A stretch of DNA of 63,808 bases, counting the filler, from Atractiella rhizophila (Eukaryota), in the NCBI GenBank assembly GCA_021432655.1. It is 9 parts of 8 records of this genome, joined end to end, with 100 filler letters (N's around TTAATTAATTAA, not from the genome) between each part and the next. Parts side by side here need not be neighbours in the genome. Positions count along the whole stretch, not along the records: positions 42,451 to 52,292 come from MU272098.1; positions 52,393 to 62,229 come from MU272099.1; positions 62,330 to 63,808 come from MU272217.1; 6 more parts are not named here. One strand, written 5' to 3'. The translations under genes were made by a program, and so were the position numbers. The notes beneath the pieces are model-generated. The model saw only the letters and a list, made by a program, of their open reading frames with translations. It made no database searches and was not told the DNA's origin. Below, one piece after another: positions 50,054 through 62,716 of this stretch (positions are counted from its first letter, which is position 1; every line of letters starts with the position of its first letter).

Positions 50054-50520
50054 TTGATCCCTGAATAGCTCACTAGAAAGCTAATTGTAAACTGAAGGAA
50101 GAGAGATGTTGCTCAACCAACTGGCATGTAATAAAATAGCAAGCATTTGTTCATCCATCTTCCGTTCCCAACTTACTTCGTTCGGAGTCAACCCGACAAT
50201 GCTTGGAGCTCCTTTCGTGCTCCTTGAGGCTTCAACCGACCGACACAAATAGCGTGCTAAATTTACACTGTGTTCCAGCATGGAAGTCAATGGAAGTTAC
50301 GGTTTCTGCAAAGATCGCGCCTGCTTCGTTTCAACCATCGGCGGAGCTGATCATGTGCTAAAAGAGAGTTGCCGATCAGTTGCAGCTCCTCAAAACGACC
50401 ATCAGCACCATTGCCCCCTCGTTGGTGCCTCTTCAACGTCTCTGAGTAGAATACCAGAGACTTCTCCCCCTTCCCAGTAGAACACACATTCTTTAGAGAA
50501 TACACACTCCTTCGCCCAAC

Positions 50521-52292
50521 ATGAAATACTCTCTCATTTCTTCCTCACTCTCTTTGGCTCTCCTCGCCTCCGAAGGCGTCCAAGCTCATCCCGGTACATA
50601 TTCTTGCCTCGGTCCTTGTGCATGACTTATGGGAAAGGCAGATGTCGCTGCTATGCAAGGACGAGCGATCCAGTTGGACAAGAGGTTCAACTTCGAACCC
50701 ATCCGCGACATTTTCGGTCTCTTCAAGTGCGTTTCCAGGGCTAGCATTAGATGCCTCTCATGAAAAATTATTCAGGCTGCCTACAGCGAGACACCATATC
50801 GATTTCGTCAAGAACAAGTTCATTGGAGGGATCGGTGCGGCCCTTTGTCTCTCCGCTGAGAACCTTTGTGTTGAGGGTGGAAACAGACAACTATCACCGG
50901 AACACTGGGAAACATTCCATCCTCGAAGCTAGTTCTCACAAGAAGCTTCTGGCAAAGAGGCAGAAGGAGCCCCTCACAGACTTCAACAACGACGTTCTGT
51001 GGGCAGGCACAATTAGTATTGGGTACTCATTCCTTGACCTGCACCATTAAGATGCTCATTCGCTACTGCAAAGAACCCCAGCGCAAAAGTTTCTGATCGA
51101 CTTCGACACTGGCTCCTCCGATCTTTGGTTCGCTTTCCTTTCGTTGTGTGTTTGCTGGCTCATGCTGAATTTCAGGGTCGCTCACACCGTGTGTCGCTCA
51201 CTCCACCACTGCTCCAGGCAGCTTCTGATCTCCTGCATAGAATTGCACCACAGGTGGCTGTGCGAATACCCACATCAAGAAGTACAACCCAGCGAAGAGC
51301 TCCACCTCTTCTAAGAAATCTGGAACGTTCGAGATCGAATATGGGGACCACTCCAGCAGCAAAGGGCCTGTGCGCTCATTCTTCCCGTCTTCCATTCGAT
51401 CACCCTGATGGCCTTGTTGCAGATCTTCACAGACACTGTCTCCGTGGCAGGAATCAAGGTGACCAAGCAATACTTGTCGGCGGTAACGACAGAGAGCGCA
51501 TCCTTTGTCGATGATCCACAAGACGGAATTCTGGGTGCGTTGTCTTGATCGGGTTCACATGGTACTCATGGACTTATATCTGAATAGGTTTGGCCTTTGA
51601 AAGCATCTCCAGCCTCGGACAGCGCCCATACTTCGAGTCAGCTATCGCTCAGAAGTCTGTTAAGACGAAGCAGTTTTCATTTGCTCTCAAGCACACAGGC
51701 TCTGAACTCTACATCGGAGGAACAAACAAGAACCTGTACACTGGTGCTATCCACTGGACTGATGTCGTTGAGGAGTCTTATTGGGTTTGTTCCACGACTT
51801 TCTAATGAGCCACTGGTTGAGCTATCTCAACGTACAGGTCATCAAGCACAAGATCAAGGTCGCCAACAAGGTTGTTTTCGAAATGTCAGGTTTGATTCTT
51901 TCTCTACATTCGCTTTGAGCTTTGTTGATTGGGCAACAAGCTATCGTGGATTCGGGAACGACTCTCGTCATTGCCCCTCCTGCGTACGCCACCAAGATTT
52001 ACAACCAGTATGCCAGCCCTGCCTCCATGAGCGTACTCCGTGACCTGAACTGTTTTTTTAGCATCCCTGGTTCCAAGGCGTGCACCGCTAGCACCTGCGG
52101 AAGTGGCTCTGACGGCTTCTACATCTATCCTTGCGCCTCCAAGCCCAAAGTCTCCGTCTCTGCTGGCGGTACCACCTGGGCCATCTCAAACGACAATTTC
52201 AACTTGGGTGTCTTGCAGACCGGTAGCACCTACTGTGTTGGAGGCATTGTTGGCCAGGTTTGCCTTTCCGCTCCCAATAATGAATGGAAGGT
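50521..52292 (+). CDS. Secreted pepsin-like (A1) aspartic protease, 3' truncated
   Basis: Signal/pro-peptide with KR site; FDTGSSDLW; IEYGD; DGILGLAF; AIVDSGTT; many short introns. Confidence 0.93.
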
Positions 52293-52392
52293 NNNNNNNN
52301 NNNNNNNNNNNNNNNNNNNNNNNNNNNNNNNNNNNNTTAATTAATTAANNNNNNNNNNNNNNNNNNNNNNNNNNNNNNNNNNNNNNNNNNNN
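52293..52392. other. Artificial contig linker
   Basis: 44N-TTAATTAATTAA-44N. Confidence 0.98.
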
Positions 52393-52396
52393 GCTC

Positions 52397-54950
52397 ATGC
52401 TAACGAATGAATTTGCATGCCATGATTATGTTTATGACTCGATAAGTGCCCTCGATTCTGCTTGATTGCTATTACCCTGTTTACGTTTGAATATCGCTGA
52501 GTTGATCAAAAATATTGTGTTGCAGCATGATTTTTCTCGATAATCCTTTTTGTATGTCACTCTATCACAAACGCATGCGATTCAGGTTGTCTTTCACTAC
52601 TCAGGCTCGTGGGTACTAGGCGTAGGAGTGTGTTAAGACGTGGTTGAGACTAGAGATAGTGACGGTTGGGAAGGAGGAGATTTGCCTCAAAGCTCTCAAT
52701 CTCTTCGACGGGACCGGTCGAAGCCGTCATTATCGCTGCAAGGACCCCTGAACTGGTCACAATCCCGATGTACCACGATGACTTCAAGAGGAAATCATGT
52801 ATGTGTAGCCTGGCCGCCCTTAGGGCATCTGCTTGTTTTATTGTGAGGGGGTCATGCATCCAGATGCATCATGCGAGCATTATTAATAATATTAATCCTG
52901 CATTTTTGATGATTGAATGACTCGGGAACTTGCTGCGGATTTCTTTGTCCTTAAATAACTTGATTCTAAATAACTTGATTCCACGTCCTTTCACAAAGAT
53001 GAGAATTGTCATTTGTTGCCCCCCCTGACCTCGAACCCATGCCAAAGACAAGCCCTCCCCCAAGAAGGTCTCATTTCAAGATAGGGCCACCAAGGTGAGT
53101 CCTGATCCTGATTCACAGTCAAACCGATGAACTGATTATGTACTTAACCATTAGCACAAACACCTGCCCAATCCATGACCTCCCTGTCGAAATTCTAGTC
53201 GACATTTTGGTGCTCGCTTCAAGTGATATGCGGCGCCGCCCGATTAAGTCAAAGCGGCAAGGATCTCTCAAGTCTGTCACTTGGATCTCTTCTCTTTCCA
53301 TTCTATCGCCCCTATTCGCTTCCGCTTGCCAATCCCTCATTTTCAAGAAGCCGTTCATTCAGACGACTTTCCAACTCAACACACTTCACGCAACCCTTCT
53401 CGCAAAACCAAGTCTTGCCCATTTTGTTCGTGAAATACTTTTCATTCCACGAGCCTCGGACTTTGAGGAAAGGGTTATCCAAGAGGACCAATATGAACGG
53501 GAAAGGGTACATTGTGAAACAAAAGCAGAGAACTTAAAAAATTATCTAGACAAGGGGAGCGATTATAACAACCAAATTGACAACTGGAGGAAGGGGATTA
53601 GAAACATTATCCAGCTCTGCTGTGGCTCGCTCCGAAGTATCCGAATGGTATCAATGCCTCCTGCAGTCTATCTGGATTCATCAGTCTGTGATTTATTTCG
53701 CCCACTGAGTGTGCCGAAACTCGAAATGCTGGAATTTGGTACCGTTTCTTTTCGTGATGCCATCATTATCAATTCAGTCTTCGAAATGCTCGATCAGTCA
53801 CATTGTCCGACCATTGTCTTCCGTCAAGTTTCCTCCTTGCGAGCACCGGGGGCTTTCCGCTCACCCCGTGTCGCTTCTCGTCTGACCATCCCAGCCAATC
53901 GATTCCTCGCGCAAATGTTGTCAACTCTCAAGCTTTATCAATCTCGAATTGCACCAACAGATCTTCAAGACATCCTCTTGGTTTCTCCTCTCCTCTCTAG
54001 TCTTCATTTTCTCGATACATACATCGTCTGCGACGGTGGAGACCTAAATGACGAGAAGTTGTGGTCATCACCGTTTCTGAAGTGCGGGGAGCAACTCAAG
54101 GAGTTGAGCTTCAAATGGATAGAGAATGATGGATATGGTGTTTTTTTCTGGATTTATCAAGAAGCCCATGAACACGACGTTTGGGGCGAAGTTTTTACTC
54201 GCATCTTGGAGGACATCTTTCGCTCATGTCGCAATCTCCTTTCGCTAGAAATCAACACCATGTATCCTCACGGACCCGGACCGCTATGGTTCATCAAGTT
54301 GCTGCCACCTTCTTTGAAATATTTACACCTGACATTGCCTTATTGGAGGTGGGGCGACGATCGAGAACAACCTGAACTGGACTTGCTGATGCGCGAGAAT
54401 CATACGCCGAAATTGGCTCCTGGCTTGGAAAGGTTTGTATTGGGCTTAATTCCTGCTCACAGCTATGGCTCTAGTGGACCAAGAAACTTCATGGAAGTTA
54501 TCGGAAAGATGTTTCTCACCAGATATCAAAGCGTGGATATGTGGATTGAAAGAGAGAGAGGAAAGCAGAGAATGTTGGTCCCGTGGAAAGAATGGTTGAA
54601 GGAATAGTACAGTTGAAATTGCACGCCGAAAACTGATTTGTCGTACCATGATATCTTCATTAGATCTGTTTTCTAACATAACGAAGTCTGCATTGATACT
54701 TTTTCGGTTTATTTATGGGAGCCAATTCACTGAGCTATCCCATGGCATACGGTTTGTAGCATTTCGTTGCATTTTCAAAAAGTCGGATTGCACAGCTTGA
54801 AATGGCGCCGTGTCGCTGCGGAGCAACATTATAACACGGTTGGTGCGAGAGAGAGTCGAAGGGTTTGCAATCATTGTTTAAGTTGGTTCAATGGTAAACC
54901 AATCCGATGGCGACCCGGAGATATTCAGAACACAACCTTCAGACACATAG
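52397..54950 (+). repeat. Tandem segmental duplication unit 1 (gene B1 plus flanks)
   Basis: Colinear with ~57260-59880 through upstream DNA, intron, CDS and ~350 bp downstream; left end cut by linker. Confidence 0.9.
53039..54607 (+). CDS. Family-B F-box-like/RNI-LRR-like protein, copy B1
   Basis: Exon 1 MPKTSPPPRRSHFKIGPP, intron 53095-53154, then CPIHDLPVEILVDIL..SLSILSPLFASACQSLIF..LAHFVREILF and LRR-like LKELSF, NLLSLEI, SLKYLHL. Confidence 0.8.
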
Positions 54951-55082
54951 CTTCAATAGAAAGCCGTCAAATTCAAACTCAGGTGTTGCAGGAAAACGTT
55001 CAAGTTGTCGTTGTGAACGGGAAGAGGAAGATATAAAGAGCATTGTTCTTGCCGTAAGCTTGCAACAGAGCCAAATCGTCGT

Positions 55083-55769
55083 TCGGCTTGACCTTCGGCG
55101 AAATTTTGCACTTTCGACTTCAACTCGACCTACCATGGTCCCAATCAACAAGTGGGAGAAGTGGTTGGTAGGAGCAGAAAACGCTGGTTCTAGACTACTA
55201 GGCTGCTGTACAGCTAACGAGAAGAACGGGTACCGGGCGAGAAATAAATTCATGTGTAGTCCCTTATTCTGGCCAGAATGGGTTGCTTCTCCCATGAGAT
55301 GCTAGAGCTTCTGAGACTCTTCCACACCCTACGCTGACATGCTAACACCTTCTACTTTGTTGATGGGTGATAGGGCTGCAAAAATTGCCATAGTTACCTC
55401 ACTGCTCTTCAGGCTCACTTGCGTGAATGGGTTCACTGACTCTGATATAGTGTCGCTTTCGGAGTATTCATGTATTTCATTTCGCTGTTATGGATTACAA
55501 ACAAGAAATGGAAACCTCAATTGGAAGCGGTGAGACCTGATTAGAACCTGGACTCATCACAATAGTAACATGTGAACATGGGAAGACTCACTACTTTTAA
55601 ACCGAAATTCTCCCCCGTTACCCATTCTCCTCTTTAGCTGTATAGCGGCCTAGTAGTCTAGAACCAGCGTTTTCTGCTCCTACCAACCACTTCTCCCACT
55701 TGTTGATTGGGACCATGGTAGGTCGAGTTGAAGTCGAGAGTGCCAAAATTTCGCCGAAGGTCAAGCCGA
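55083..55769. repeat. Long inverted repeat: arms 55083-55243 and 55608-55769, 364-bp spacer
   Basis: Arms are reverse complements with a 90-bp perfect core (55114-55203) and 9 differences over ~161 bp. Confidence 0.95.
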
Positions 55770-56435
55770 CCGCTTCGGCTCCGGCTCCGTCGCAAGCGGA
55801 GGAACGGTGTTGGAGATTGGAGGCTCGATGCCACTAGATACCCGATCAGCCTGAGAACTTGACAGGGAGATAGATTGGAGGCTTCTGGGTGCCAGTGAGG
55901 CAAACATCGAACCTGAGAAAGGCTCTTTGGTGAGAGTTTTCGGATATGCAAGCATGTTCACACTCTCTTTGCGAGCACAATGCCTTTGAAATACTTTCTA
56001 TAAGCCAGCCTTGTTTTTTATTCCGAATTCTGCCGACAATACTGCTGTCTTAACCACGCCGACCGTCACTGAAGCAACTTCAGACGCAATCGTAGTCATC
56101 CACTTCGTGACATGGAGTGAGAACTTGATAGGTCAACTTAACGATTGTGTAGTTTCTACGAATGTTGAAATGCACTTCTTTCATCTGTCTGTAATGTTAA
56201 CACTCTTGAACATAGAATTGGAGCTACTGGTCTCTCCAACTCAACTGTAGAGTTGAGTGACTTTTGTGAATAATAATACGCAGCGATAGTTGCTTTTGGC
56301 TAACTTTGGCAAGCAAGGCGTCCTATGATATGTATTTCCATCACGCACCACCTAAGAGCGATTGTTCAGTCTCCCCCTTTAAATTGTATAACTTTTTACA
56401 AGTCGTCTTCGACACCACAGCTGCTACAGAAGATT

Positions 56436-57008
56436 TCAAGGTTCATTAGTCCTCGTCAATCTGTCACATGAGCAGTATTCATATACTCCCTAATTTCCTT
56501 CACCTTTCCTGTCTCCTCATCAAAGACAAAGAACCAAGCGAATCTGCGCCGCAAACCCATCAGTCCACGCTCCTCAATGAGCAAGAGAGATGCGTATTGT
56601 TGTAAGGATGTCCGCTTTTGTGTTGCGATTCCTACGCATTGCGCGATAGAAAGGTTGCCGAACACCTGAGACGACCCTCAGACACATATTCGCATCAAGA
56701 CGAGGAAAGGCTCACGTTCAAGCTTGAGGTTTCATCGTATTCACCCCATCCTTCAATCTTGCCCACAATGGCACTCCGACTTTTTCCTTCCAGCTTGCCA
56801 CGTTCTGTCCCGACAGTTTCAGTTGCATCAAGAGCTAGAATAGAGACGGATGTTTGATACGAACGTATATTCCAGTGTGGGTGTAGTCATCATCCTTATC
56901 ATCGTTTATCCACCAGCGCACACCCAGGTCAAGATACCTGCAGAACTCGTCCCAATCGTTCTTTTCACAATGGGCGAATATTCGCTGAACGAACTCTTTT
57001 GAAACCAT
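56436..57008 (-). pseudogene. SnoaL/NTF2-like gene with multiple frameshifts
   Basis: MVSKEFVQRIF..DWDEFCRYLDLGVRWWI..GIY-NVASWKEKVGVPLWARLK..VFGN..ATQK/GHPYNN..FAWFFVFDEETGKVKEIREYMNTAHV; frame breaks near 56727, 56615 and probably 56462. Confidence 0.7.
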
Positions 57009-57259
57009 CTCTCTTGATTAAAATATTGCGACGATTTGAGCTAAAACGACCGGACAGCTGTAGATTTATACAGAAGGAAAGTGGTTCAAAGGGGACGAAC
57101 CGATAAGCCTAAGTCGGCGAGATGGAGCGCTGAGTGAGCGGCAGAGCGGTTCCGGTGGACGTAGGGTGCTATGTGGTGCGCTTATTAAGGCTGATGGTGC
57201 TGAGTACTAGGTCGCGAAGTGTGATGTTCTTTTGAGTCAAATGAGTCAAATGTAGGGAT

Positions 57260-59880
57260 CCTGCTAACCATTTTTCATGCCATAATTACGCTTATTACTC
57301 GATGATGAGTGCCTCACATTCTAATGGACTGCGAACACATGATTTACGTTTGATATCGCCAACCTGATCAAAAATATTGTGCTGCGGCATAATTTTTTAC
57401 GATAGTCCTTTCTGTATCTCACGCTATCAAGAACTCGTGCCATCAGGTTGTCTTTCGCAATTCTCAGGCTCGAGGGCAGTAGGAGCGTGTTAAAGCGTTT
57501 TCTTATGGTTGAGACTAGTTGATGGTGAAAGATCGAGGCGCATCCTCTCGTGAGGAGATTTGCCTCAGGGCTTCAATCTCTTCCAGGAAACCTGTTGAGG
57601 CTATCATTGTCGCTGCAACTTGCTCCCTGGGCTTTTAGGACTCCCGAACTCAGTCACAATCCGCATGCCCCATAACTGCTATGACTTCAAGAGGAAGTCA
57701 TGTATCTGTAGCTTGGCCATCGTTAGCGCATTTGCTTGTTTTGTTGGGAGACAGATCGTGCATCTAGGCGCATGATGCAGGCAATATTAATAATATTAAT
57801 CCTGCATTTTAATGATCGAATGACTCGGGAACTTGCTGCGGATTTCTTCCTCCTTAAATAACTTGATAACACCTCTTTCCACATTGAAAAGCTGAGAATT
57901 TGTTATTTGCCGCCCCTGACCTCGAAACCATGACCAAGTTTGGCCCTCCCCTGAGAAGGTCTGATTTCAAGCCTAGGATAGTCCCACCACAGTGAGTCCT
58001 AGTCCTAATTCACAGCCAAACCCATGAGCTGATTATCTGCTGAACCACTAGTATGAAGGCTTGCCCAATCCATGACCTTCCTCTCGAAATTATGGTCTAC
58101 ATTTTGGTGCTCGCTTCAAGTGATATGCGGCGCTCAAAGCGCCACGGATCGCTCAACTCTGTCACTTGGATATCTTCTCTCTCTATTCTATCGCCTCTAT
58201 TTGCTTCCGCTTGTCAATCCCTCATTTTTAAGAAGCCGTTCATTCAAACCACTTTCCAGCTCAGCACACTTCACGCAACCCTTCTCGCAAAACCAAGTCT
58301 TGCCCACTATGTTCGTGAAATACTTTTCGTTCCACGAGCCTCGGACTTTGACGAAAGGTTTATCCAAGAGAGCCGATACGAACGGCAAAGGGTAGATTGT
58401 GAAGTGAAAGCAAAGAACTTGAACAGCGCGCAGCTAGACAACAGGAGCAAGTGTAGAAAACAAATAGAAAATTGGAGGAAGGGGATTACAGACATTATCC
58501 AACTCTGCAGTGACTCGCTTCGAGGTATTCGAATGGTATCAATGCCCCCTGCAGTCTATCTGGATCCGACGATCTGTGATTTATTTTGCCCATCGAAAAC
58601 GCCGAAACTCGAACTTCTAGAATTTGGGACAGGTTCAGTGCGTGATGCCCTTATTATCAACTCAGCGTTTGGAATGCTCGATCACTCACATTGCCCAACG
58701 ATTGTTTTCCGTCAAGTTTCCTCCATCAGCACACCTGGATCTTTTCGCTCACCACACATTGTTTCTCGTCTCAACACCGCAAACAATCGATTCCTCACGG
58801 AGACTCTGACCTGTCTCAAGCTTTACCAATCTCGAATTGCACCGACAGATCTTCAAGACATCCTTTCACTTTCTCCTTTCCTCTCGACGCTTCATTTTCT
58901 CGATACGCGCATCATCGGCGAGACTGCACGAGACACGGACGACGAGAAGATATGGTCAGCGCCATTTCTGAAGTTTGGGGAGCAATTGAAGGAGCTGAGC
59001 TTCAAATGGGCAGAAAATGACGGGTTTGGACACTTTTTTTGGATTTATCATGAAGGATATGAGGACTGGTTTTGGGATCAAGAACTCCTTTGTCGCATCC
59101 TGCAAGACATCATCCAGTCATGTCGCAGTCTCCTTTCACTCGAAATCAATACCATGCGGACCAATGCACCAGGACCCGTATTCTTTTTCAAGTTGTTGGC
59201 TCCTTCCTTGAAATATTTTCACCTGACACTCCATTATTGTACATGGGACGATCATCGAGTACAACCTGAGCTCGACTTGCTAACGAGCGAGAAAACTGCG
59301 CCGAAATTCGCCTGCGGTTTGGAAAAGCTTGTTTTAGGCTCGGTTTCAGTTGACGGTTATCGTTCTAGAGGACCTGGACCTTTCATGGAAAGCATTAGAG
59401 AGATCTTTTATGCACGAGGTCAAAACGTGGATCTGTGGTTTGAACGTGGGGAAGGGACGAAGGACAGGATGTTGGTTCCATACCAAGATTGGTTGAAAAA
59501 AGGAGGAGCAAGGCGGAGTTAAAATACAGTCACACTAGAAACTGAATTATCATGTGGCTTCATTGGATCTGTTTCACTGACTTAACTATGCACGCATTAC
59601 ACTCTTTCGGTTTTGTTGGAACCGATTCATCTGGCTATCCAGTAGCACATTGTCCCCGTGGCAGTTCATCTCATGTTTCAGATCGACTGTACAACTTGGA
59701 ATTTGAAAGGCGCGGCGTCGCCGTGGAGCAGCGCCATAGAACAATCGCCTTGCTCGTGGCAGAGAGATGTGGCCAGCTTGAGTAGAAGAAAGGAGAGTCA
59801 AGAACTTGCATTCAAATTGTGAATACGGGCATCACATTGCAGTCCCTGACATATTCAAAGCCACACCTTCAAATCCTTGA
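57260..59880 (+). repeat. Tandem segmental duplication unit 2 (gene B2 plus flanks)
   Basis: Colinear with 52397-54950. Confidence 0.9.
57930..59522 (+). CDS. Family-B F-box-like/RNI-LRR-like protein, copy B2
   Basis: Exon 1 MTKFGPPLRRSDFKPRIVPP, intron 57992-58051 in the same phase as B1, then 489-aa ORF colinear with B1. Confidence 0.8.
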
Positions 59881-60192
59881 CATTTTCAGAATGGCTTCAG
59901 ATTCACGCCTAGCGAGTTGAAATCCTAAATTTCCGTGAAAATGCTCATACAACCAAAACGGGAGAGAAACAGGAGGTGAAGGTGAACTCATTCGCTCACT
60001 TCAAATGGCCCTAACCCTACCCTGTGGCCCGTCAAAATCTTCCCAGTCGAACTGACTTGCATGCTCTACCGTCGTATCTTGGCTGATTCGACTTGTACCA
60101 TTATAAAACGCGTTTCCCCAACCTGCTGTTTTGCTCCCACATACAGATCTGCGAGGTTTTCCCTTTCCAGCTCGTTTCAAGCGCGATCCATT

Positions 60193-62229
60193 ATGTCTGA
60201 AGCAGCGCAAGCCCAACCAGCTGCAACTCCCATTCTAGGGTATGTGTCAGGTTATGCAAGCTCAGTTACCGATGTGATGTGGAGTGCAGGGAAGATGGTC
60301 AACCACTGTCAAAGAATGAGCTAAAGAAGAGAGCGAAAGAGGAGGAGAAGGCGAGAAAGAAGGCTGAGCGTGAGGCCAAGGAAGCAGCTGAGAAGGCTGC
60401 TAGAGAGGCTGCTGATGTTGTGAGCTCCTACTTAGTTATGCAGAATACTTGGGACTGAGAGTGTGAAGGATTACGCCTCACAAAATTACGGACGACTGCC
60501 TCTGAACCAAAGCACACAGAAGCTGTGTACGTGTTCTACTGTCGAGGATGGTCAATCACTGATGGATCTGAGCAGCTCAGTCGCGAAATAATATCTCAGA
60601 GCTGCCGGAGACAACCAAAGATGGAGATAGAGTACATCTACGTGCCTACGTTCAGAATCTGCGTTCACAAGGTTCGCTCTGTTTTCACCTAATCGAGCAT
60701 ATCTAACAAACTTTGCTTCCAAGGAGCCAAGATGAAATTCTTCACCTTGCGCCAGGGTCTTTCAACGGTTCAAGCGATCCTTACACTGACGCCTGAGACC
60801 GTCTCAAAGCACATGCTCAAATTTGCGGATTCGACAGCGATCGAGTCCATCGTCTATGTCGAGGGGACGGTCCAGATTCCAAAGATTGAAATCAACAGCT
60901 GTACCGTTGGGAACCGGGAGATCATTGTCGACAAAGTGTGCCATTATTCCGATGACATGTACACTATTCTGATTTTGTGCAGTTTTTCATCGAGCGCGAG
61001 GCGCCAGCACAACTACCCTTTGTGCTCGAAGACTCCATCCGCCCTGAAACTGACTTTGAGAAGGTGCTTTTCCCTCGTACGCTTGATGTTCTTCGCTTGC
61101 TGAGCTATATGGAGTACAGGAGGACAGCAAATTCGTTCGTGTCACCCAACACACTCAACTCGAGAATCGAGTCTTTGATCTTCGGAGCCCTACGAACCAA
61201 GCCATCTTCCGCATCACCTCTGGCGTGACATGGCTTTTCCAGCAGTTCTTGAGGCAGAATGGTTTCGTCGAGATCCACACGCCGAAACTTCAGGCAGCTG
61301 CTACCGAGAGCGGTGCAAGCGTATTCGAGGTCAAATATTTCGACGGTGTGCTAACTTTCTTGGTCCTATGACAAAACTGACTCTTGAAGCACAGGGAAGG
61401 CTTTCCTCGCCCAGTCACCACAACTTGCCAAGCAGATGTGCATTGCAGGTGGCATGGAACGAGTGTTCGAAATTGGCCCTGGTTCGCTTCTTGCCTTCTA
61501 TCCTCCTTTCATGTTGTGACAAATCGGGCAGTCTTCAGAGCTGAGAACTCAAACACGCATCGTCACCTCACGGAATTTACGGGTCTCGATCTGGAGATGT
61601 CCTTCCAAACACACTATCACGAGTGTCTTGACCTTCTTGACAACCTCCTCAAATCTATCTTCGTCGGGCTACAAAGGGAGTACGCTAAGGAGATTGAGGT
61701 GGTCGCAAAGCAGTTCCCACACGAGAAGTTTACGTGGCTTGAGGAGACGCTGAGGTTGGAGTTTAAGGATGCCATAGCGTTGTTGAGGGAGAAGGGTTAC
61801 CAGATTGGGGACTACGACGACATGAAGTGTGTTCGCAGAAAGTTCACTACTTATGCTGACATGGTTTGGATAGCACGGAGCAGGAGAAGGCTCTCGGGGT
61901 GATTGTGAAAGAGAAATACGGAACGGACTACTACATAATCGACAAGTTTCCCTCCGCCATCCGCCCCTTCTACACCATGCCCGACCCGTCCAATCCCTTA
62001 CTTTCGAACTCGTACGACATCTTCATGCGCGGGGAGGAGATCTGTTCTGGCGCTCAGCGAGTGCACGACCCGAACCTTTTGGTGGAGCAGATGAAGAAGG
62101 TCGGGATCTCGAAGGAGCAGATGAAGGGTTACGTGGACGCTTTTGAGCTGGGTGCTCCCCCCCATGCCGGTGCTGGATTCGGTACGGTCTAGTTCACTTC
62201 ACAATTTGCGTTGGCGCTAATGCATGACG
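60193..62229 (+). CDS. DPS1: Cytoplasmic aspartyl-tRNA synthetase (last exon lost to linker)
   Basis: [86 protein letters not shown]. Confidence 0.97.
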
Positions 62230-62329
62230 NNNNNNNNNNNNNNNNNNNNNNNNNNNNNNNNNNNNNNNNNNNNTTAATTAATTAANNNNNNNNNNNNNNN
62301 NNNNNNNNNNNNNNNNNNNNNNNNNNNNN
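62230..62329. other. Artificial contig linker
   Basis: 44N-TTAATTAATTAA-44N. Confidence 0.98.
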
Positions 62330-62716
62330 AAGGATCAGCCAAAACTTTGCCAAATCACATTGTGGAAAGAGTTGAAGTACCAATGATTTGAATGCACATT
62401 TTCTCCATCTTTCCTGTGCATATGTTGGTATCTCTCCAATAACTACGGCTTCCCACTGCAGTACTAAGTATCCCTTAACCTGAGGCATTCTATGTCCACG
62501 CATTCCAGTCCAATCGATTTCTGCTAACCCTAACTAATGGATTGCATTATTTTCTACGATCACGTGAGCGGTGATGTCATGATGTATAAAAACCACCAAC
62601 TCCCGCTGTCCCGCCATCCGACTTTGCTGCCCTTATAAATACGTCCAGCCTGCTTCAACGTCAACTACTGCCCTTGAATAGGTTTTTCACTCAATCGCTG
62701 TTGCGCTGTTCGAAAT

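Noticed and set aside
52650..52859. Small antisense ORF upstream of B1 as a partner (toxin/antidote-like) gene
   Set aside because: The homologous DNA upstream of B2 contains stops and indels in that frame; the similarity is explained by the duplication.
12166..57008. Dispersed secondary-metabolite cluster (CpaO-like, sulfotransferase-like, BBE, SnoaL)
   Set aside because: The genes lie on different linker-separated contigs and no PKS, NRPS or terpene synthase is present.
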